Source of the DNA: a virus
Taxonomy: Duplodnaviria; Caudoviricetes
Length of the DNA stretch: 64,000 bases
Direction: 5' to 3' (one strand)
IMG/VR virus record: IMGVR_UViG_2540341035_000003
Location: 1,940-65,939 of that record
The notes beneath the pieces were generated by a model. That model had not been told where the DNA came from. It saw only the letters and a list, made by a program, of their open reading frames with translations, and ran no database searches. Position numbers and translations under genes: made by a program. This document shows positions 1 to 7,152 of this stretch, in pieces. Positions within the stretch are counted from its first letter, which is position 1. Each line of letters opens with the position of its first letter.

Positions 1-25
1 CCATAAGACCACTGCCGGCTTGGCC

Positions 26-847
26 TTAGGCAACGCCAAACATTGCTACCTGATACGGAAAGACTTCTCCAATTTCGGTATCAAGATCCAAACCATTAAA
101 CGTGCGACGTGCGTCACTGGTGCCGGGCGTGATCGGTTCCATGGTATAGAGAAGTTCGAAGCCATGTTGATGGGCGAAGCCCACCGAGGTTGAACCGCCA
201 ACGGTTCGGTCCACATTCTCGGCGACCATCTTGTCGATAACACTTCGAGGGACCCGAGAAGTGATCGGGCTCCCAGATGACACGAAAGCATCGAAGGTGG
301 CCTGGAATGTGGCTGCCGCCCCTCCGAGAACAAGCCAAGGCTCACCATCGACCTGCGGCTTGCTCGGGTAATATATCTGAACCCGAGGGCCGCCAGCATC
401 TTCGCTCGCTTCGATGTGAGCAACCTTGTAATCTTCTGCGTGCGGGCACCAACCAAAGAAAGCCGCCGAGAAACTACCGTCGCCGTCAAAACGACGCCTC
501 TCAATGATAAACCGCTTGGCGAGACGATGGACAAGCTCGGCCATGCGTTCGAACTCAGGCGGGCTGGTTCGACCACCCCTGCTACCTAGCTTGGATAGAA
601 GGGTAGACGCAGTGGCAGCCGTCAGAACTGCAGGCAGCGCGGAGCCCGCATAAACGAAGCCGTATTCAGTCGAATAATGCGGCGCACGGGTACCTGCACC
701 GGGTATGATTGCAGACGTTGAGACCGAGATCGAGAATATCTTCGATCCTATCTCTGTTACCGGATCGTCCTCTTTGCCGGCGACAAGGCGTGTATCTGCG
801 GCGCACCATTGGTGGCCATCTTCAAGCCAGATTACAGCTATCGTCAC
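26..847 (-). CDS. Proteasome beta/HslV-like Ntn-hydrolase (N-terminal Thr)
   Basis: GTG start at 847 with AGGAG SD; mature N-terminus TIAVIW..AADTRL..SKIF puts T1, D17, R19 and K35 in proteasome-beta register; later AGS and DRTVGG motifs. Confidence 0.7.
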   Translation of the reverse strand: MTIAVIWLEDGHQWCAADTRLVAGKEDDPVTEIGSKIFSISVSTSAIIPGAGTRAPHYSTEYGFVYAGSALPAVLTAATASTLLSKLGSRGGRTSPPEFERMAELVHRLAKRFIIERRRFDGDGSFSAAFFGWCPHAEDYKVAHIEASEDAGGPRVQIYYPSKPQVDGEPWLVLGGAAATFQATFDAFVSSGSPITSRVPRSVIDKMVAENVDRTVGGSTSVGFAHQHGFELLYTMEPITPGTSDARRTFNGLDLDTEIGEVFPYQVAMFGVA

Positions 848-1203
848 CGAAACGCTCCTGATGATAGGCGCCGTGCGCTTCGTATACATGTAGGCTGGGC
901 GGTGCGACAGGCTCATGGCTTTCTTGCCTTTAGCCGGCGGTGGGCATCACCAGCGGCAGCCAAACTGTTCCCGCACCTGACTCGCCTGCCAAGCACGGAC
1001 GGGCTTCCTGGTGCGCACCGCCGTGCTTGGCGGGGCGTTCCCTCGCAGGACTAAGCGGATTTCCATTATCTCTGATTGGCAAAGCAACACGCTGCCAAGC
1101 GTTGGCAGCCTAGGCCCACCCTGGACAAACGTTTGATGATTCCTAACTGCCCAGCTCATGCTTACGCTTGCCCGGCACCTTCTGGGCTGGAGCAACGGTC
1201 CTC

Positions 1204-1596
1204 ATGCGCCTCCGTTACCTTGAACGAGTTGCTATCTCCGAGTATGTCGCCCAGGTGCTGGAGGAGGCATTAGAGCTGCATATCAAGCGGCTCAAGCAGG
1301 CAATGAATGACGAGCGTGATCGGGCTGACCGTATTGCGTGGTCTCGTGCCCGTTACCGCTGTGATGCGCTTCGTGACGTATGCTCGAACATCGCTCGCGA
1401 GCGATTGGTGATGGGTCCGATTGCGCCGGAGACGCTGGCGGACATTGCCCACCACATCGAACTGCGCTCCTATGAGATGCCTCGGTCCGCCGCTAATGCT
1501 GAGAGCCTGAAGGCTCAGAGAGCAGCAAGGAGAGTGGCTGAGGAGGCAAGGAAAGCAGCTCTCAAGGAGGAACGAGAGCGGCGCCGTGGGGCCTAG
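1204..1596 (+). CDS. Hypothetical helical protein
   Basis: ATG at 1204 inside ORF 1168-1596; charged helical sequence directly upstream of rha. Confidence 0.55.
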   Translation: MRLRYLERVAISEYVAQVLEEALELHIKRLKQAMNDERDRADRIAWSRARYRCDALRDVCSNIARERLVMGPIAPETLADIAHHIELRSYEMPRSAANAESLKAQRAARRVAEEARKAALKEERERRRGA

Positions 1597-1617
1597 AGGA
1601 GCCCCTGGGAGACCACC

Positions 1618-1959
1618 ATGACCACTGCCGTTACCGTGTTCGCCCGTGAGGGCCATGCCTACACCGACAGCCGCAACGTGGCTGACGTGTTCGAGAAGGC
1701 TCACAGCGTGGTGATCCGCGCTGTCGATGAGCTTCAGAGGGGTCTCAACAAAAATGTTGGCACCCCCTGGTTCGTGGAGAAGCACGAGCGCAACCCCCAG
1801 AACGGGCAGCTCTACCGCTACTACGAGATGACGCGGGACGGAGCTTCCCTGCTCGTCATGGGCTTCACTGGCCGAAAGGCGCTGGCGTTCAAGGTGGCCT
1901 ACATCGAGCGGTTCAATGAGATAAAGCACCCGAGGAAACGGGTCCAGTTTGTCCTCTGA
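1618..1959 (+). CDS. rha: Rha family phage regulatory protein
   Basis: DSRNVADVFEKAHSVVIRAV and YEMTRDGASLLVMGFTGRKALAFKVAYIERFN match the pRha signature; GGAG SD. Confidence 0.85.
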   Translation: MTTAVTVFAREGHAYTDSRNVADVFEKAHSVVIRAVDELQRGLNKNVGTPWFVEKHERNPQNGQLYRYYEMTRDGASLLVMGFTGRKALAFKVAYIERFNEIKHPRKRVQFVL

Positions 1960-2140
1960 TGGGAGGAGAAGTCAGGATTGGTTAAATCACTGACGAGGCT
2001 CATGAAATCGGGAAAGTGACCGATTACCACCACCACTAGGGATAGAAGGCGGTGTGAGGGGCAAGGGAATAGGACGACCACTCAGGCTTGGGGAACCTGA
2101 TGATGGATGGGGGAAGGGGGTAATTAAGGTAGTACTAGAG

Positions 2141-2220
2141 GTGTTATAAGGTTGATACTTATGGTGGTTATACCATTGGTACTATGTCTAGTACCATGTT
2201 TAGTATCAACCTTAAAGCAC
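2141..2220. repeat. T-shaped branched palindrome in AT-rich DNA
   Basis: Outer arms 2141-2159 and 2202-2220 are 17/19 complementary; they enclose hairpins ATGGT-N6-ACCAT (2161-2176) and TGGTACTA-N4-TAGTACCA (2177-2196). Confidence 0.9.
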
Positions 2221-2256
2221 CTTAAGTTGACTAAAATTATTGCTAAGGGGCACCTT

Positions 2257-2409
2257 ATGTATCCTGATGGTCCACCACCATCACCAGGTCCCCTACCCAT
2301 GCGTCTGGTCATCATCGTCCTCACCCTCATCGGCCTTGCCGTCCTGTCTACCGCCTTCACTGATCGTCACCCCAACCTCTGGGGCACCAGCACGACAGGG
2401 TTCAGGTGA
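2257..2409 (+). CDS. Small single-pass membrane protein (50 aa)
   Basis: AAGGGG SD, ATG at 2257, hydrophobic stretch LVIIVLTLIGLAVLSTAF. Confidence 0.45.
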   Translation: MYPDGPPPSPGPLPMRLVIIVLTLIGLAVLSTAFTDRHPNLWGTSTTGFR

Positions 2410-2469
2410 TCGAGAAGGGGCACTTAAAGGTGTGCTTGAGGTGGTGGAGGGGGTTCATCCGCTACCAGA

Positions 2470-2558
2470 GAAAAATGTGAGCCCCCATCGACAAACTCGA
2501 AGCGGGCAGTGTCCCCCATGGGGTGCCTCGAAGTGCACGGTAACGCGCACGGTAACGC
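2470..2558 (+). other. T7-terminal-repeat-like motif cluster (candidate packaging end)
   Basis: GAAAAATGTGAG (2470-2481); CTCGAAG at 2496 and 2527 flanking CCCCCATGGGG (2513-2523); 12-mer GCACGGTAACGC x2 (2535-2558). Confidence 0.4.
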
Positions 2559-2721
2559 GCTGAGTTTGGCGGGCGCACGCGCGGGAAAGGCACGGGCGCA
2601 CGGTTGCTCGAACGACGGCCTCAGAGTTGGGGTGGTCTCACACCATCAGGTGGTGTCTCCAGGTTTTGGGGAGACCTACTGAGCTGAGGAACCAGCCGAG
2701 TTCTCGGCCAGTCTCGGGCCC

Positions 2722-2749
2722 TTGCAAATCCGCCAAACGTCCGTATGGT
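2722..2749 (+). promoter_or_regulatory. Sigma70-type promoter for the recombinase
   Basis: TTGCAA-16 nt-TATGGT, 30 nt upstream of ATG 2779. Confidence 0.45.
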
Positions 2750-2778
2750 GGTTATGCACACGAGCGTGAGCACGGCCC

Positions 2779-3468
2779 ATGAACCGCATCGCAGTCGCCT
2801 ACTACAGGGTCTCCACCAAGGCTCAGGGGCGTTCAGGTCTCGGCCTGGAGGCCCAGCGGGAGGCCGTTGAGCGGTTCGCTGAGATGCACGGCTACACCCT
2901 CATCAACGCCTTCTCTGAGACCGAGACAGGCAAGGGCTCCGATGCGCTGGAGACACGTCCACAGCTCGCCGCTGCTCTCAGGGATGCCAAGCTGCGAGGT
3001 TGCCCGGTGTTGGTCGCCAAGCTGGACCGCCTCTCCCGTGATGTTCACTTCATCTCGGGTCTCATGAAGCACCGCGTGCGCTTCATCGTCACCGAGCTTG
3101 GCCCTGAGGTGGACCCCTTCATGCTCCACATCTACGCCGCTGTAGCGGAGCAGGAGCGCAACCTCATCTCTGATCGCACCCGCAAGGCTCTGGCAGCGGC
3201 CAAGGCCCGTGGGACCAAGCTAGGCAATCCGAACGGTGCCGCGCACCTCAAAGGCATCGGAAACAGCAGCGCCATCGAGGCCGTGAAGGCTGACGCTCAG
3301 GAGCGCGCTGAGGGGCTGGCGGGAATTATCACCACCATTAGGGGAGAGGGCATTACCTCGGCCAACGGCATCGCCAAGGCCCTGAACGCCCGCCACATCG
3401 CGACCCCAAGGGGTGGTCAGTGGACCGCCCGGAGCGTCCTCAACGTGTTGGAACGCCTCGCGGCGTGA
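2779..3468 (+). CDS. Serine recombinase (resolvase/invertase family)
   Basis: YYRVST (catalytic Ser), RPQL, VAKLDRLSR, EQERNLISDRTRKALAAAKARG; C-terminal helical DNA-binding region. Confidence 0.92.
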   Translation: MNRIAVAYYRVSTKAQGRSGLGLEAQREAVERFAEMHGYTLINAFSETETGKGSDALETRPQLAAALRDAKLRGCPVLVAKLDRLSRDVHFISGLMKHRVRFIVTELGPEVDPFMLHIYAAVAEQERNLISDRTRKALAAAKARGTKLGNPNGAAHLKGIGNSSAIEAVKADAQERAEGLAGIITTIRGEGITSANGIAKALNARHIATPRGGQWTARSVLNVLERLAA

Positions 3469-3688
3469 ATGGTGCGCGTCCGTCTCAGGCGGGGCGTATC
3501 TATGCCTAAACATATGACCTTGGGAGGCCGATCCAGATTTGGATTGGTCCACCACTGAACACCTTCGCGACCCTGGTAATGCACCAAGGGGGTCGCGTTC
3601 CCTTTTTCATATGACCTAGGAGGCGGGCCTGCTGGATTGCGTACGCGCAAGCAGTGGCCGCCACTCCTCAACGTCTTCACGGCCATGC

Positions 3689-3719
3689 TTCCCTGCGCCG
3701 GTACGCCCCAGGAAGCCCG
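3689..3719 (+). repeat. 31-bp direct repeat, copy 1
   Basis: TTCCCTGCGCCGGTACGCcccaGGAAGCCCG; 29/31 identical to 4126-4156. Confidence 0.9.
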
Positions 3720-3842
3720 TGAACGCCTCCGGGCAACACACCCACCCGGAAACACCGAACGCCCACCTACGGCTCAACGTCCGTAGCTGAAGGGCTTCTT
3801 CACGTCCGCCTAGCGGGCCCCCTCAAAATCACAGACGAGACC

Positions 3843-4121
3843 ATGAACATCACCGTCAGCCCAGCTGGCAAGGGACGCTATTACGCGCGCCTTGGCGACC
3901 GCCTACTCACGACTTCGTACACCCCGTTCTTCTCGGCAGCCCGCGTGCTGAAAGCAGAAGGCGTCCGATGGGATGAGCCTCTGACCATGACGCATGAAGG
4001 GTCTGAAACGATCTGCCTTCGGTCGACCATCGGTGAAGCCTCGATGCTCACCGTGGAGGATAACGACAGAGGTTTGAACCTTCGCCCCTATCGTCCGAAT
4101 CCCTTCGGTCGCCCTGAGTAG
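3843..4121 (+). CDS. Hypothetical protein (92 aa)
   Basis: GAG SD, clean ORF lying between the two 31-bp repeats. Confidence 0.65.
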   Translation: MNITVSPAGKGRYYARLGDRLLTTSYTPFFSAARVLKAEGVRWDEPLTMTHEGSETICLRSTIGEASMLTVEDNDRGLNLRPYRPNPFGRPE

Positions 4122-4125
4122 CCAA

Positions 4126-4156
4126 TTCCCTGCGCCGGTACGCACAAGGAAGCCCG
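4126..4156 (+). repeat. 31-bp direct repeat, copy 2
   Basis: TTCCCTGCGCCGGTACGCacaaGGAAGCCCG. Confidence 0.9.
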
Positions 4157-4279
4157 CCAGCCCTGATTGGCTGCCCAACTACCTCAATCCCTCAACGCCC
4201 ATTCCTGACGCCCACCGCCACCCTCGCAAGCCGCGAGCGGTGTGCCTTTGCGTGGGCTCATCATCGCGAGATCACCAAC

Positions 4280-4684
4280 ATGAAACCCCACGATCTGACC
4301 CACGCTACCGACCCTAATGGGCGGGAGGTGGTGGGCGTACGCCTGTCCAACGTTCCCGAACGTGCGTGGCTCTACCGCACCGATTACGAGCGCATCATCG
4401 CACAGTTCGGCACGCCTTCCTGGGTTCTTATCGGCAACGGTAAGGGTGCCTTCTACGTCCGCTTCACTCAGCCCGGTGGCATCGACCGAAAGGCCACTGT
4501 TGCCCGCTTGGTGGCCGGTGACTTCCAGCGGACGGGCGTCCGTTACGTCGACAAGAACCCCCTGAACCTCCGCAACGCCAACCTCCGCCACACCAAAGGA
4601 CGCGGTGGTCGTCTCAACCGGCGTAGCCCGGCCATGTTCTCCACCCTGAAAATTCCGGTTGGAAAGGCGTTGGACCGTGCCTGA
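4280..4684 (+). CDS. Degenerate HNH-like protein, paralog 1
   Basis: VARLVAG..VRYVDKNPLNLRNANLR follows the HNH_3 pattern (HRL..VDH.NG..LDNR..NLR) but lacks the His and Asn catalytic residues. Confidence 0.55.
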   Translation: MKPHDLTHATDPNGREVVGVRLSNVPERAWLYRTDYERIIAQFGTPSWVLIGNGKGAFYVRFTQPGGIDRKATVARLVAGDFQRTGVRYVDKNPLNLRNANLRHTKGRGGRLNRRSPAMFSTLKIPVGKALDRA

Positions 4685-5066
4685 GCCTGCCAGCGAGGCG
4701 AGGCATCCCCACCCCCCTGAGACTTACCAGAGCCGTACCGTCACCCGCCTCGTAGAACCCCAGCACAATCGACTGGGAATGAACGTGGCCAACTTCCTTG
4801 GCGACCTAGAAGCCATGCTCATCGACGGGCAGTTCTACAGCCTAAGCCCCAGGGACCTTCGCGCTCTGGGCCATTTCCACCGCACAGCCATTCGTCCCGC
4901 CGACAACGCTGAAGGTGCCGTGGTGTCCCTCTCCGGGCGCCAATGGGGCTCCTTCGTAGGCATCCGGCGAACCTATCAGGTCGCCAGACGCGACCCCACC
5001 AACCTCATCGCTTTCCTGCGCGCCACCCGCGCCACCACCCAGACCACAGACGAGACCAACTCATGA
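4677..5066 (+). CDS. Hypothetical protein
   Basis: GTG at 4677 overlaps the upstream stop; its stop overlaps the ATG at 5063. Confidence 0.45.
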   Translation: MPEPASEARHPHPPETYQSRTVTRLVEPQHNRLGMNVANFLGDLEAMLIDGQFYSLSPRDLRALGHFHRTAIRPADNAEGAVVSLSGRQWGSFVGIRRTYQVARRDPTNLIAFLRATRATTQTTDETNS

Positions 5067-6019
5067 GCTACGCCAGCTACCAAGTCGCCACCGATGGCGC
5101 CCCGACCGACACCTCGAACCTCATCCCAAAGGGCCCTGCTAAGACCACCTATAACGATCAGCCGGGCGTCATCACCGTGAACGCGGACGGCAGCACGTCC
5201 GTCCAGCGCCCTCGCGGAATGAACACCGCCAACTTCGGCGCTGAGGCAGGTCAGGGCGTCCTCAGCACTGCCCGAACCCGCATGGGCTCACCGCCGATCA
5301 ACGGGATCACCCCCAACGACATCGTTACCGTGCAGGGGATCGAAGTGTCGGTAGCGACCGCCGAGCAGATGGGCATCCTCATGCGAGATGTGAGCGGACG
5401 CTATGTCGAGGTGTCTGGTGGCACAGATCGCGCCCAGTCGGCGGCTGACGCCGAGAACCGCGGCACCGGGATGGAGGATACCGCCGAGGCGTTCAGCGAC
5501 CCGCAGGCCGAACAGGCTCTCACCGAGGTGTGCTCCGGGGTCTCGGCCGGGCTTCAGGTAGCGGCCCTTCAGGAGATCATCGAGAGCGGACGGGCTGACA
5601 CTCAGACCATCAACCGGGCCGCGAGCGAGGCCGGGATAGAGCCGTTTGAGATGGGGGCACGGCTCTCCGCCGTCATGCAGCACTTCGAGGATCAGGCCAT
5701 GAAGGCGGTGACAGGCTACGGCTCAGAAGATCCGGCTGGGTTCTTTGAGTGGGCTGAGGAGCATCAGCCTCGCGGTCTTAAAGCCGCAAAGCAGTCCCAC
5801 GGTATGGAGCGCACCACCAAGGGCTACGAGCCGATGTACCGTGAGTACGTCGCCTCCATGGCCGAGCATGATCCGCAGGCGGTGCTGAACGCCGAGTTCG
5901 GTAGCGGCATCACGGCCAAGCAGGTGCAAGGTCAGGTGGTCCTTAACATCCCCGGTAAGGGACAGATGACGTACCGAGGCGCCCTTAAAGCTGGCCTCAT
6001 CAAGGTCAGTGGAGCGTAA
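5063..6019 (+). CDS. Hypothetical phage-like protein (318 aa)
   Basis: ATG at 5063 with GAG SD; normal coding composition; followed by a terminator. Confidence 0.75.
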   Translation: MSYASYQVATDGAPTDTSNLIPKGPAKTTYNDQPGVITVNADGSTSVQRPRGMNTANFGAEAGQGVLSTARTRMGSPPINGITPNDIVTVQGIEVSVATAEQMGILMRDVSGRYVEVSGGTDRAQSAADAENRGTGMEDTAEAFSDPQAEQALTEVCSGVSAGLQVAALQEIIESGRADTQTINRAASEAGIEPFEMGARLSAVMQHFEDQAMKAVTGYGSEDPAGFFEWAEEHQPRGLKAAKQSHGMERTTKGYEPMYREYVASMAEHDPQAVLNAEFGSGITAKQVQGQVVLNIPGKGQMTYRGALKAGLIKVSGA

Positions 6020-6076
6020 TTTCACCGACAACGAGGGCTGCTGATGTTTCAGCAGTCTCCTCCACGACCATGCCAG

Positions 6077-6104
6077 CGGCCTTCCTCACGGATGGCCGTT
6101 TTTT
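6077..6104 (+). terminator. Rho-independent terminator
   Basis: CGGCCTTCC-TCAC-GGATGGCCG hairpin followed by T6. Confidence 0.75.
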
Positions 6105-6124
6105 ATTCGTCTCAGGAGGCAACA

Positions 6125-6343
6125 ATGACGACTGATCTACAAGACGCAATCATTCGCGACATTCTGAGCGCCAAGATGCCAGACGGCACCGAGATAAGCG
6201 CCTCTGTGAAGACCGACACGATCCTTTCGCAGCTCGGGCTCAGTCAGTGTGCCAGCCAACTTCGGCGTCTGGTCAAGCTGGGGATCATGCGCCAGCACAG
6301 CCGGAATAGAGCCCGCCTTAGATACGGGGCTCAGGATGCCTAG
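6125..6343 (+). CDS. Small putative HTH DNA-binding protein
   Basis: AGGAGG SD; ILSQLGLSQCASQLRRLVKLG resembles a winged-HTH recognition helix. Confidence 0.5.
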   Translation: MTTDLQDAIIRDILSAKMPDGTEISASVKTDTILSQLGLSQCASQLRRLVKLGIMRQHSRNRARLRYGAQDA

Positions 6344-6842
6344 ATGGACCCTCACCCACGACACGATCACTGAAGGGGACGCTGTTGGCGTGCTCCTGTC
6401 GAACCGCCCAGAGCGTGCTTGGTTGAACCGTGGGGACTACGAGCGCATCGTAAGGGCGCACGGCCTCAAGGGATGGTGCTGGATCGACCGTGAACGGGCC
6501 GTCTGCCTCAAGCCGTCCGCTGGAAAACGCGTCTCCGTGGCTCGCTTGGTGCTGGAGTGCGACGGTAGTGGCTACGTTCACTACCGTGGTGATGGCGACC
6601 GCCTGAACCTTCGCCGGGACGCTCTCTCCATCGAGCCCTTTCGAGGGCCAAACGGGAAGCAGATGGACCCCAAGGCCGGCTTGAGGCGTCCCTATCAGCC
6701 CCGGCGGCCTGCCCCTGATGTCCGACCGGTCATTCCTCCACCCCAGCTACACGAACGACCCAAGAGCTTGCCGTCAGTCAACGCACTACGACCGCGAACA
6801 ACGGTGACTGTGGTCCAGACGATCAAGCGCAACCGCATCTAG
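6336..6842 (+). CDS. Degenerate HNH-like protein, paralog 2
   Basis: VGVLLSNRPERAWLNRGDYERIV closely matches VGVRLSNVPERAWLYRTDYERII of 4280-4684; VARLV..VHYRGDGDRLNLRR. Confidence 0.6.
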   Translation: MPRWTLTHDTITEGDAVGVLLSNRPERAWLNRGDYERIVRAHGLKGWCWIDRERAVCLKPSAGKRVSVARLVLECDGSGYVHYRGDGDRLNLRRDALSIEPFRGPNGKQMDPKAGLRRPYQPRRPAPDVRPVIPPPQLHERPKSLPSVNALRPRTTVTVVQTIKRNRI

Positions 6843-7152
6843 TCAGACTCTACAGGCCTTGGTTTTAGCCTCGCTTGCGCGGCAAGCACTACAACCTCTC
6901 AGCGACGACGCAATAGCGCTTCGCGCTTCAGACGCGCGCACCCTCAACACTGCGAGAACACCATGATCGTTCTCGGCCCTCCCAAGGTCGAGTGCGAACC
7001 CGCGCTCGCGTCTAGCCACCTTACACACCCGCGACTCCGAACCCTTTACGTCGCCGGTCTCGGTTTCTGAGGCCACTCAGGGTCCGTTTCAGGCCCGCGC
7101 CGATCCCACAGCGGTGGCGCCCCAACCACTCACAGCACAGTCAGGAACACCC

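Noticed and set aside
2124-2563. ORFs crossing the palindrome and terminal-repeat-like region
   Set aside because: Low-complexity translations of structured non-coding DNA; only 2257-2409 has an SD and a TM segment
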